A stretch of 64,000 nt of DNA, from contig NW_024704742.1 of NCBI RefSeq assembly GCF_018977255.1, positions 126,916,001-126,980,000 of the forward strand, read 5' to 3'. Positions 37,757 through 49,889 of the stretch are shown here, one piece after another. The position numbers and the translations under genes were made by a program. A model generated the notes under the pieces. It made no database searches. It saw only the letters and a list, made by a program, of their open reading frames with translations, and was not told the origin of the DNA. Numbering within the stretch: the stretch's first letter is position 1; the number at the start of each line of letters is the position of its first letter. This stretch comes from Callorhinchus milii. Taxonomy: Eukaryota.

Positions 37757-40022
37757 AGAACATAAGAACATGAGAATCAGGAGCAGAAGTAGGCCATTCG
37801 GCCCCTTGAGCCTTCCCCGCCATTCGATAAGATTATGGCTGATCTTCTGACCTAACTCTAATTACCTGCCCTATCCCCATATCCCCTAATCCCTCTGTTT
37901 TTTAAAAATCTATCAGTCTCAGCCTTGAAGATGTTCAAGGACTGAGCATCTACAGCCTTCTGGGGTAGTGAATTCCATAAATTCACTACCCTCTGAGTGA
38001 AGAAATGTTTCCTCAACTCTGTTCTAAAAGGCTGACCCTTAATTTTAAGACTGTGACCCCTGGTTATAGATTCTCCTACAAGGGGAAACAGACCCTCAGT
38101 GTCTACTTTATCCAGCCCTTTAAGAATCTTATGTGTTTCAATAAAATCTCCCCTCATTCTTCTGTACTCTAGAGAATATAGCCCGAGTTTATTCAGCCTA
38201 TCCTCATAGGTCAGTGCCCTCATCCCAGGAACTAACCGAGTGAATCTACGCTGTACCCCTTCTAGTGCAAGTAAGTCTTTTTTTAAATAAAGAGACCAAA
38301 ACTGCACACAATACTCTAGGTGCGGTCTCACCAAGGCCCTATACAGTTGCAGCAAGACTTCCCTTCTCTTGTACTCTAAACCGTTTGCAATGAACGCTAA
38401 CATGCCATTCGGCTTCTTAGTTGCTTGCTGCACCTGCAAACTAACTTTTTGAGACTGGTGTACAAGGACACCCAAATCCCTCTGAACACTAACACTATCT
38501 AATCTCTCCCCTCTAGAAAATAATCTGTTTTTCTATTTTTCTACCTAGGTGAATAACTTCACACTTCCCCACATTAAATTCCATCTGCCACCTACTCGCC
38601 CACTCCCCGAGCCTATCTATATCCCGTTGCAATCTTTTTGCATCATCCTCAGAGCTTACTCTCCCACCTAGTTTAGTGTCATCCGCGAATTTAGATACGT
38701 TACATTCAATGTCCTCGTCTAGATCATTGATGTAAATTGTAAATAGCTGAGGCCCAAGCACTGATCCTTGTGGCACTCCACTAGTCACATCCTGCCAATT
38801 CGAGAATGACCCGTTTATCCCTACTCTCTGTTTTCTACCCATTAGCCACTCTTCAATCCATGCTAATATGTTCCCATTAATCCCATGGGCCTTAACCTTG
38901 TGCAATAGCCTTTTGTGTGGCACTTTGTCAAATGCCTTTTTAAAATCTAAATAAACTACATCTACTGGTTTCCCCCTATCTAACCTGCTAGATACATCTT
39001 CAAAAAACTCTAAAAGATTGGTTAAGCATGACTTCCCTTTTGTAAAGCCATGTTGACTCTCCCTAATCTTGTTATGGTCTTCCAGGAATCCCATAACCAC
39101 ATCCTTAATTAAGGACTCAAGAATTTTCCCTACCACTGATGTCAGACTAACTGGTCTATAGTTCCCCATCTTTTCTCTCCCACCCTTCTTAAATAGTGGT
39201 GTTACGTTTGCAATCTTCCAATCAATGGGAACCATTCCAGAATCCAGAGAATTTTGGAAGATCAAAGACAAGCCATCCACTATCTCAGTAGCCACCTCTT
39301 TTAAAACCCTAGGATGTAGGCCATCAGGTCCAGGAGATTTATCAGTTTTAAGACCTGATAATTTACCTAAAACCATTTCTTTACTAATATTAATTCCTCC
39401 AAGTTGCTCGCTAACATTTTCTTCTTGGTTCCCCTCTATTCTTGGTATGTTTTCAGTGTCTTCTAAGGTGAAGTCAGTAGCAAAGTACTTGTTTAATGAC
39501 TCTGCCATGTCTTTGTCCCCTACTATAATTCCCCCCGTCTCTGCCTGTAGCGGACCCACATTTACCCTTGACAGCCTCTTCCTCTTTATATATTTATAAA
39601 AACTCTTGCAGTCTGTCTTTATGTTCCTCGCTAGTTTGCCCTCATATTCTATTTTATCCCTAATATATTCCATAAACTCTTCCTCTATCATACTTTTCCC
39701 AATTTGGTTGTCCCAATCTATGTGCAGATTAAAATCACCCACAATTAATGTTTTTCCTTTATTACATGCTCTGCTAATTTCCTGATGTATACCTTGAGAG
39801 ATACTGTGACTGCTGTTCGGGGGTCTATAAACTACTCCCACTAGAGTTTTCTGCCCCTTGTTGTTACGTACCTCTACCCATTCTGACTCTACTTCCTGCT
39901 TTTCTAATTTAAAAATCTTTCCTCTCTACTGTTTTTATCCTATCCTTTATTAGCAGGGCCACCCCCCCTCCTCGTTTACCACATTGCCTATCTTTCCTAT
40001 ACACCACGTACCTTGGAATAAC
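37757..40022 (-). mobile_element. CR1 LINE, ORF2 endonuclease to 3' end, with an internal deletion and frameshifts
   Basis: YRKDR...GGGVALLIK, GVVYRPPN, IVGDFN (endonuclease); YLDFKKAFDKVPH, GVPQGSVLGP, FADD (RT); (TTCTTATG)n-like tail. Confidence 0.95.
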
Positions 40023-40407
40023 TGCTGGTTTTGATTTAATTTTTAATTTCCTGTACAAGAAATTCAGTCTCACCATCGAGCTGCAGGACTCCACAAATGG
40101 CAGAAATCTCGGGGAAAATTCTGATATTCTCAGACATTTTCCACTCACAAGAAAATGAGAATAAAATTAAATGTTACCCTTTCTGTGTATATTTTACACT
40201 TTATTTTACATTATTATTTTCTTATTATTCCAGTAAAACAGGAGTTTATTTCCTTCACCTTTTCAGCTACTATTCTTTCCTGTTCTAATTATTTTCTTCC
40301 TTTTAATTTTGTTGCCTTAATTGTAACCAGAAACCATTTCTAATGTGCATGTTTTATCCACTATTGTCTTCCCCCTTTACCAAAGTCAGAACCATTTTCT
40401 CCATATC

Positions 40408-40712
40408 AATAATAATAATCCTTGCATTTGATATATCGCTTTTCACGTCTTCTAGACATCTCAAAGCGCTTCACAGAATAGAATGTAAAGTGAATTGACT
40501 GAATATTTGTGGGCGAAATGCGGCAGCCAATTGCGCACAGCAGTGTCCCACAAACAGTCGTGGATTGAAACGACCAATTTAGTATTTTTTTGAGGGATTA
40601 TTATCAGGTGTGTGGAGTAAGGAAACTTGCCCAAGGTTTCACACTGCCGGGAATCGAACCCAGGTCTCTTGCTTGCAAAGTGAGTGCTCTAACCGCTGAG
40701 CTTCAGGACTCC
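40408..40712 (-). mobile_element. Full-length tRNA-Ala SINE
   Basis: Consensus match. Confidence 0.9.
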
Positions 40713-41127
40713 AATCTACTTGGAACACAATTCCCTTCATTCTCCTTTATTAAAATGATTACCGTGTAAAAAAATATAAACTGCCAACTGGGCCTTCACA
40801 CACAGACCTGTGCTAACGCAGCTCCCACTCTTGTACCCATAAGATCATTCTTGTAAATCTCCTCTGCACTCTCTCCAAGGCCCTGACATCTTTCCTGAAG
40901 TGTAGTGCCCAGAATTGGACACAATACTCCAGTTGAAGCCGAACCAGCGATTTGTAAAGATCCAGATATCTTCCTTGCTTTTGTTTATGTGTTCTGCAGG
41001 TACAAGTTGTTGTTTACCCAGCCACTTCCAGATAGAAATGAGAAGGTTCTCTTTGAGATGGGGGGAACCCAGAATCTCATGAATGTTTCAAGTATTCACA
41101 GAATCAAACGAGTACAACAGATATAAG

Positions 41128-41612
41128 AAACAACAACAACAACAAGATTCCATTTATAAAGCGCCTTTCACGTCAGGAGGACGTCCCAAGGCGCTGCACA
41201 GTTGGGTCATGACCCGAGCAGGGGGGAAATGGTCAGGGTGAGGGAAGGGAGGGAGCAAGGAGGGGGAAATGGTCAGGGTGAGGGGAGGGAAGGGAGGGAG
41301 CGAGGAGGGGGAAGAGAGTCGAGAGGGGAGCTGAAGGCTCGGTCAAAGAGAAAGGTTTTGAGACCGGCCTTGAAGGAGGAGAGGGAGGAAGCAAGGCAAA
41401 GGCACTGGGGGATGGAGTTCCAGAGCCTGGGGGCTGAGAGGCTGAAGGCCCGACCACCGATGGTAGGGCGGTTGGGGCGGGGGACGTGGAGCAGACCAGA
41501 GCCAGAGGAACGGAGGGTACGGGCAGGTAGGTAGGGGGATAGTAGGTTGGAGAGGTAGGAGGGAGCAAGGCCGTGAATGGCCTTGTAGGTGAGGATGAGG
41601 ATCTTGAAATCA
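41128..41612 (-). mobile_element. Young 5'-truncated L2
   Basis: DFKILILTYKAIHGLAPSYL...KAGLKTFLFDRAF. Confidence 0.92.
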
Positions 41613-43320
41613 AAAATAATGGGGAGTTCCAATTGTAAAGATTCCCACTGCTAAAAATTATAACAGTAAAGGGCTTAATTTAAAAAAAGTGCAGACTGTC
41701 AGAAAAAGGGAGAGCAAGTGGGGTTTTTTTTACTGCACATTTCTTAATGATATATTTGAACAATAAATGAAAGGTTTAGAACATCTAGACAAACATGAGA
41801 ACAGGTATTAAAAGAACTGTGCCAATACAAAGCTGGAACCAAACACTTATCACGGATATTTCTGGCACGTTCATTATATAATCAGGAACAATAAAAGCTG
41901 ACAATAGCAGTCTCTTCAACCCACGCAAGAATGTCACTTTCTTTGCATATCTAGATGTGGAATTTCTTTGCACATTTAGACAAAGGAATTCCACTCTTTC
42001 CTCTTGTACAACAACAACAACTAATCCTTCAGTACTTCATTCAAGGCACTAATAGTAATGTGTGAGCTTCGACTGTGAATGTTGGCAGGGGTATCACAGC
42101 GGAATTTGATCCTGTCATACAATACTGACAGGGATCCTAGAATAGTGTTCAGGCGTGGGAACTGTGTTCAGTTTTTCTTGACCCAACCTGTAATACTCAG
42201 ATCAATTGTTGTAACTTTAAGGCTGTCCAACTGATATCAGCACACTCAAGGTAAAGGAACTCATTGAAGGTAGGACATGGTTGGGATGTAAATAACTGTG
42301 TTTCCTGGATAAACTCACAAATGTTTGAGAGTGTTTTTTCAAATATTTCTCATGTGGGCTGAAAATAAAATTAATTAATTCAGTAGAAAAACTTGTATAT
42401 TATTTACATTGGCATTCCAATCATTGTGAAGATGCCAACTTGGCACAGTTGGTAGTACTGTGGCATCAAAAAGTTCTGAGCAGTAGTTGAGAGGTGGTTC
42501 TATATTATCCAAGCGCCATACGTTGGATGACATGTCAAAACAAGGTTCTCAGGTAGACATTTAAGTACCCATGATACAATTCAGAAAGAGATGGAACTTT
42601 GACACCACACTTCCTATACCTCATTCTAAATCATTGATGTATATGGTGAACAGTAATAATAACAATCCTTGTATTTGATATAGCGTTTGATATTTCATGT
42701 TTTCTAGATATCTCAAAGCGCTTCACAGAATATACTGTAAAGTGAATTTGACTGTATATATTTGTGGGCGAAACGTGATAGCCAAATGCGCACAGCAGTG
42801 TCTCACAAACAATCATGGAATGAAATGACCAATTTTATTACTGTTTTAGTAGCAGTCCAAACACAGATCCCCGTTGAACACCACTTCCGACTTCTTGCCA
42901 ACCTTAGAAGATGTCTGCTGCATCATCAAAGTGTTTTACCGTGATCTGCGGTACCTATTTTGGAGGTGAAATCAATACATTTGCACAGCATTGTCCTACA
43001 AACAACCATGAAGTAAATGACCAATTTTATCTTGAAGATTGTTGACCAGGACACAAGGAGAAACTCCCCGCGTATGTGGTCAATTTCACATCAGTTCATT
43101 TTATTCTCTGTCAGGATGGCACAGTATTTCAGTCCAATGACATCATCAATCCAACCGAGGTCAATCCATCAGCACACTTACAAAAATGCAGGATGCCTTT
43201 CCTGACTTCCTTCCTCCCTGTTTGAATTCTTACTTCCCAAAGTATCCTAGCTGAGGCTGATATAATCTGTTAAGATCTGAAATATCCCAGGGGCCATCTG
43301 CCTATCAACTGATGCCTTAT

Positions 43321-43634
43321 TATAATAATAATAATCCTTGCATTTGATATAGAGCTTTTCACGTCTTCTAGACGTCTCAAAGCGCTTCACAAAATATGCT
43401 GTGAAGTGAATTGACTGTATATTTGTGGGCGAAACACGGCAGCCAATTGCGCACAGCAGTGTCCCACAAACAGTCGTGGATTGAAAATTACCAATTTATT
43501 ATTGTTTTTTTTGCTTTGGAGGGATTATTATTAGGCGTGTGGAGTAAGGAAACTTGCCCAAGGTTTCGCCCTGTCTGGAATTGAACCCAGGTGTCTCGCT
43601 TGCAAGGCGAGCACTCTAACCACTGAGCTACAGG
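43321..43634 (-). mobile_element. Full-length tRNA-Ala SINE
   Basis: Consensus match. Confidence 0.9.
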
Positions 43635-43647
43635 CCTTCATCAGATG

Positions 43648-44880
43648 AACCATAGGACCATAGAATTATACAGCACAGAAGGAGGCCATTCGGCCTATTG
43701 TGTCTGTGCAGGCTCTTTGAGCTGTCCAATTCAATTCCACTCCCCCACTCTCTCCCCATAGCCCTGCAAACTTGTCCTCCCCAAATAATTATCTACTTCT
43801 CTCTTAAAATTTGTTATCAAATCGGCTTCCATCACCCTTTCAGGCAACGCATTCCAGATCCAAACAACTCGCTGTGTGAAAAAATTTCTCCTCACCTCCC
43901 CTCGTTTTCTTTTAACAACTATTTTAAATCGGTGTCTTCGGGTTACCGACCCACCCGCCAGTGGAAATAGGTTCTTCTTGTTCACCCTATTGAATCCCCT
44001 CATAATTTTGAAAACTTCTATTAAATCTCCTCTTAATCTTCTCTGCTCTAAGGAGAATAATCCCAGCTTCTCTAACCTCCCCTGATAACCGAAGTCCCTC
44101 ATTCTTGGTACCATCCTGGTAAATCTACTTTGCACTCTCTCCAATGCATTGATATCCTTCCTAAAGTGTGGTGCCCAGAACTGAACACATTACTGTAGCT
44201 GAGGCTTATCCAGTGTTTTATAAAGGTTCATCATACCTTCCTGACTTATATATTCTATGCCCCTATTTATAAAGCCTAGTATCCCGTATGCTTTTTTAAC
44301 AGCTTTATCTACCTGTCCTACCACCTTCAAAGATTTACTTTTTGAACCCCCAGGTCTCTCTGTTCCTTCACCTCCTTTAAAATTGTACCATCAGCTGATA
44401 TTGCCTCTCCTCATTCTTCCTCCCAAAATGTATCACTTTGCATTTCTCCCCATTAAACTTCAGCTGCCATGAGTCTGCCCATTTTACCAGTCTGTCTATG
44501 TCCTCTTGGAGTCTGCTACTATCCTTCTCACTGTTTACTACTTTTCTGAGCTTAGTATCATCTGCAAACTTGGAAATTGTACTCCCTATAACCAATTCCA
44601 GGTCATTTATATAGATTAAAAATAGCAGTGATCCTAGTACTGATCCCTTGGGGACATCACTGTACACTTCCCTCCAGTCAGAAAAACAACAGTTCACCAC
44701 CACTCTCTGCTTTCTGTCTCCCAGCCAGTTCTGCATCCATGCTGCCACTGTCCCTTTAATACCGTGGGCTTCTACTTTGCTTAGAAGTCTCTTATGTGGC
44801 ACTTTATCAAACGTCTTTTGAAAATCCATGTAAACTCCATCAACTGCACTACCTTCATTCACCCTCTCCGTTACTTCATC
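43648..44880 (-). mobile_element. CR1 LINE of a second subfamily, RT to 3' end
   Basis: YMDFQKTFDKVPH, VPKGSVLG, KFADD, RLEKLGLFSLEQRRLRGDLIEVFK; its 3' UTR differs from those at 19341 and 37757. Confidence 0.92.
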
Positions 44881-45019
44881 ATGAGCAGCTCCACTTTTCA
44901 GTCTTCTAGGATACTGACAATCAACCAAAAAAAACAAGTCCCATGTCCTTCTCTATGAACGAGGCCTCAAGGAAACATCTAGCAGATCCATCTGGCACTA
45001 AATCACCCTTACTTCAGTC

Positions 45020-45620
45020 CAAATTGTTTATTGGAACTGGAACATCACATCCAACAACTTGAGAAACAGGTCAGGGAAAATGAGGGCTTTCTCACAGGTT
45101 TGGAAGGCCAAGTTGTGAATTTAATTAAATAAAAATAGACTGTGAATGTGCACAGGTGACCTCAATAATCAAGATTGCTGAAACAATACATGCAGATTTG
45201 GGATCATGGAGAGAGCAGAAGGCTTGTGATTTACGTGGAATATGCCAGATAAATATCCAGAGCATTTCCATAAAGGGAAAAGGATTTCAAAATGTCCATT
45301 AAGAGATGGCATTGTGCACTGGCCATGACCCTTTTAATGACAGGAGAGATCATAAATTATGGTGGTCAGATTATACTACTTCCGTACAAAGGAAGCCATT
45401 ATGGCCAAGGCAAGAGCACTCAAGGAAGTAAGATATAAAGGAAATCGTATATCAGTTTATCCAGATTACTCTGTTGAGCTTCTTAGAAAATGTAATGCCT
45501 TCGATGGGATAAAAACAACCCAGAGAAAACAATATTGAATACTAATTTTTGTACACAGAGGAGCTACATATTATGATGCAAGTAGTCCAAACTCTCTTTG
45601 ATTCACTGAAAAAGAGGAAT
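45020..45620 (+). mobile_element. Decayed L1-clade ORF1 (RRM/CTD) relic
   Basis: Manual translation of 45359-45538: MVVRLYYFRTKEAIMAKARALKEVRYKGNRISVYPDYSVELLRKCNAFDGIKTTQRKQY. Upstream DLNNQDC*NNTCRFGIMERAEG resembles the L1 ORF1 motif DLENRSRRNNIRI.G.PE..EG. Confidence 0.8.
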
Positions 45621-46729
45621 TATTTATAACCTCCATCAATATCAATGTTGAGATACCATGAGGAAATGAACCATCCTGGGAAATGAACCTTCTACATGGC
45701 AGAGGAAAGCCAAAAGGTCAAGGATGAGAAGTAGATCGTAGTTGAGCATAAACATACATCATGACTAAGAAGGCATGCAAGAAAAGCAGCCCCCCTCCCA
45801 CCCACACCTTTCTGGACTTGGGATAGTTGCCAGGGAAGGGCTTTTCACAATATACATTACACAAAATGTACTTAGCCCACAAAATACACAATCAATCCAC
45901 TTAAAAATATATTCTGTGAAGCGCTTTGAGATGTCTCAATGACGTGATGAGGCACTATATCAAATGCAAAGATTATTATTATTATTGTTGAGTAGAGCCC
46001 ACCTTGCTCTTCCCAAATTCAGAATAGAATAACAAAGGGAACCACATCAACAAAAACATACCCTGATAGGCTTTCCAGTATATTTTCTGATCAATCTCAG
46101 ATTCATCAAAGATGTTAGTTATAAAAGGCGTCCTGATTGCTCAAGCAGTAAAATGTTAGTGTCCTGAGCAGTAGGTTAGTGTTTGAATACCAGTCTCATC
46201 TGACATTCAAACAAGTGATCTTAATTTGCTCCTGGCAAAATGTTACAATGGAGGCAGCTGGCAGCACTGCTGAGCAAGGGTGGATAGTTGTGCAAACATC
46301 CTGCCCATCCTTCCTCCAGTTGGAAGATGCACAGGAGCTGTAGACACTCAGCCAAGCAAACACATATGGAACAAATCAGTAAGTCGTCCATTGTGATCTG
46401 CAATAGCATTTCTGCAGCAACTGAAAAATATAACAAGATTGTTTTAAAAATAGTTTCCAATCAAGTGTGCCATTTTATTTGATCTGTCTGGTGCAAGGTA
46501 ATCTTGCAGGAATAGCTGTGGTTTGGTTGACATTCAGCTTGAGGAGCTACTGCCTTAACTGGTTTGTCATCAGTTCGGAGCAGACCAATTGGAGGTCACC
46601 AGGTGACCTGCGGCTGTTGCATATCTCTGGAGACAAGAGGAAAATAACTGCATGACAACTGCATTTTTATAAAGTAAGCAGAGTAATTACACCTCACTTC
46701 AACATATCTGTTCTGACTGACCATGCCTT

Positions 46730-47133
46730 CAGTCTTGATTCCATCCCCCAGCTCGGGTGCAAATCCTTAACTGTCCAGTGCCTTGGGACGTCCTTCCGAA
46801 ATGGAAAGGCGATATACAAATGTAATTTTTGTTGTTATTGGCCAGCCATTCAGTACTGTAGTGGGTAGCTACTTCCACAAAAGCAGTGCTTACCCAAATC
46901 CATACACTCGAGGAGTAAAACAAAATCACTTCATCCTTTGGATGTTCCTGCGCAAACTGAGAAGGTTGGAAATCAAGTTGTTGGCTCCACACACGCAGTA
47001 TTCTTTCCAGATTCCTACTTACTGCTAGGTAAACAGTGGCATGTGGAGTAAGGAAACTTGCCCAACATTTCACCCCGGGAATCCAGCCTAGGTCCTCTCA
47101 CTTGCAAGACGAGTATTCTAACCACTGAGCTAC
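46730..47133. mobile_element. L2 3' tail (+, 46730-46838) and long-SINE 5' half (-, about 47010-47133)
   Basis: Match to other copies in the window. Confidence 0.75.
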
Positions 47134-49430
47134 CACTGTCTGAAGCAGAAACTTTGAAGAAAATGTTGACGTCCTGTCTTCATTAAAAAAACAGAACTAC
47201 CAACCGAGAGCGAGGCGGGGTGGATTAAGAGGAGCCTGGTCAGGTGAGCAGGGGCCTCGTCAGTTGACTCAGAGGACAAGAGGAGAAAGATTCAGTATCA
47301 AAAAGGGCAATTTTGGAATATGCCCAAGGCAGTATGTCTATACACATAGGGCAATTAAAGACTGGAACAGGTCACTTCCTAGTTGAGGTCAGGGTGATGG
47401 ACTCATTATGCAGCTGGCAGAGTCAGGATTCTGGAAGGATGAGTTAAAATGGACTTATTGCATTTCTTCATCCAATCTTCAAATTATCAAGTGAATAGCT
47501 TATTCATTCATTGCAGCTTATGCAGCATTTCTCAGGTAAACCTTTGCATGTTAAACATAGTACCAGATATTGATCCCAATGACACCTTGGGGCCAAGCTC
47601 ATGTCTCGCAATTCTGGGTGACGTATATGGAATTCCCTGGAGAAACTGTGTATTGTCAGGAGCCACACATCCTTTATTCCACTCCAGGACTTTAGATTCC
47701 AATGAGTCATTTGACATAGTTGTATAAACTTGTAAAGTCATCTCACTGGCTTCAGAATTAGGATATTTTAATTACAGTGGGCAGGAATTTTCCATTTGTC
47801 ATCCAAAAACTGAGAACGGCAGTTTATACAAAATCTCAAAATGTGTCCTTACTTTTTCCATCATAAAATAGATAAACCTGTCATTTAAGTCTATTTTTGT
47901 GGTATTAGGGAAAGAAAGTCCATGTGTAGCAGCAGTTATTACTAATTATTGCTTTTATTCTTATGCTTTCCTTCATGGAGAATAATGACCCTGTGACGTC
48001 AACCGTGCCACTGCTGTCCAACTGACAGGAAAGCATAACTGTGGGGTAAAGAATCTGCTTGAACTTGTGTGACTGAGCTCAGCAAGCCTCGCTCAGCGAC
48101 AGATTGCACAGTCAATTCTACTCATTAAAAACAGACCACTTCCTACTGCAGCACCAGCATGGTGCTATTTACACAGACTCCACTGCCGTAGCAATCTTCC
48201 TATTAACAATTCCTGTTTTAAAGCAAATTTGTTTTCAGTTCAGACTTCATTTAGTCTGAAATAAAATCTTCAATAGGATCAACCTGCTCCTGTTGGTAAA
48301 TCATTTCCCCCTGATTTGTTAATAAAATGTAAATAGTTTAAATAGCACATCTAAGCATTCGACATTTGCCAACAAAACATGCAGTCACTTCACATTAGAG
48401 TAAGTCCAATGAAGCGCTTTGAGACGTCCTCCTGACAAGAAAGGCGCTACATCAAGTCAAAGACTATTTATTAGGTGTAGTTAAAGCCTATTAGTGAGCA
48501 CTTTTTATCCATTTTGTGAGCACTCCTTTATAACTATAATTATATTAGATCCAATATTTATATTGCATCTTCTACAGAGCAACTGAACTCTAAGATTTAT
48601 TTTACCTTACTCTACATTTCATCCATTTATTTGAAAACAGCGGAAAGGTGAATCTAAAAAGATTTTCCATCAGTTGGTAAAATCAGTATTGTTCCTGGTG
48701 TAATCTCTAATATTGCTATTTTTACCATAAACAAATCTGCAAAGTGAGACTGGGTGATTGAAATGTTTCTGATATAATGAGAAGTGAAATAGCAAATCGC
48801 TGTGGCCCACATGTGGGTGGGAGGGCTAAGCAAACTGCAGTTCTATACCATCCTCCCCATCAACAGTCTGACCCCGTTTCCGAGGCATACTTTGGCAGAT
48901 GCGACAGGCTCACTGGCACATCTGTCATTCCAACTGATCTGGAGGGACTTGGGACTTGGTGGGTTAGTAATGCGTTTGACCGACCATTAAACATAATGAG
49001 AAATCAATAGTTTCTGAAGAAACAATATATATATATTTACACAGAATTCTCATTTAAAAACTGCATCAGCAAAGTGATCACAAATCCTGTTAACTGAAGC
49101 AGGTGGATTTCAGAGACACAATGCAGTGCACAATTCTCACTATAACACTGAGCACTAAATTACTGAGCAAAGCAATCGTCAAAGTCCACCATCTGGCAAG
49201 CAATTACCAGCAACCAAATTTGTCAGAACATACATCTTTGGACAACTTAACACAATTTTTTCCTCTTCTCATTGCTATAAAGAAGCCTAAAAGCACAACA
49301 GTTAATTCACGGACTTTGGTTGCCAGAATCTATCAAGAAAATTACAGTAGAATCTCGCAAAACAGGTCCACTGAGATACCTCTTCGATTTCTCATACCTT
49401 GAACATCAGATTGTTAAAATCGGTACTTAC

Positions 49431-49530
49431 AACATGAAGTCCTGCTCCCAACCAGGCTGGTCACCTCTCACAGCAATCGTTGTGCTTTTCACATTCTGTA
49501 CTTTCAGTGTCACATAAGTGTTAAACTTAT
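49431..49530 (-). CDS. UNC13B: Internal coding exon of Munc13/UNC13 (C2A domain, equivalent to mammalian exon 3)
   Basis: Minus strand: tttctttcctttgacag|ATAAGTTT...TTCATGTT|gtaagt, 100 nt, phase 1 to phase 2. Translates (D)[32 protein letters not shown](F), near-identical to the Munc13 C2A N-terminus as I recall it. DKF and GDQP favour UNC13B over UNC13A. The family call is firm; the paralogue call is about 0.65. Confidence 0.95.
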
Positions 49531-49889
49531 CTGTCAAAGGAAAGAAACTCATTTTATCACGGATCCTTGTAAAAGTAAAATCTACGACAGACAAGTTCAT
49601 TTGTAATCATGTTTTTCAATTTCAGGAGAGATCTGTAAATCTATAGCCTTGATAGATGCCACAAAGGTAAAAATCAGTTCATTTTAAACATTTCCCCATT
49701 CACCCCAGCATCCAAAGCACCTCCTGCCCACAAAACTTTCAGTCAATTCACTTTACACTATATTCTGTGAAATGCTTTGAGACGTCTCAACGACTCGATA
49801 AGGCGCTATATCAAATGCAAGGATCATTACCTCAATATTCAGTACATGACGAGAAAGATGAACATTTAAGTACCAGGGTTATGGGTCTC

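Larger units (their letters stand above)
3847..49430 (-). other. 45,584-nt GT-AG intron between the two UNC13 C2A exons
   Basis: The flanking exons encode contiguous protein (...DFMF|EINRL...), so no constitutive coding exon is expected between them. Confidence 0.9.

Noticed and set aside
46221..46430. Minus-strand acceptor-like site (tatttttcag) followed by an open frame
   Set aside because: No similarity to Munc13, no clear donor, and the flanking exons are already contiguous in the protein.
48148..48170. REST/NRSE-like CAGCACC half site
   Set aside because: The right half (GGACAG) is absent.
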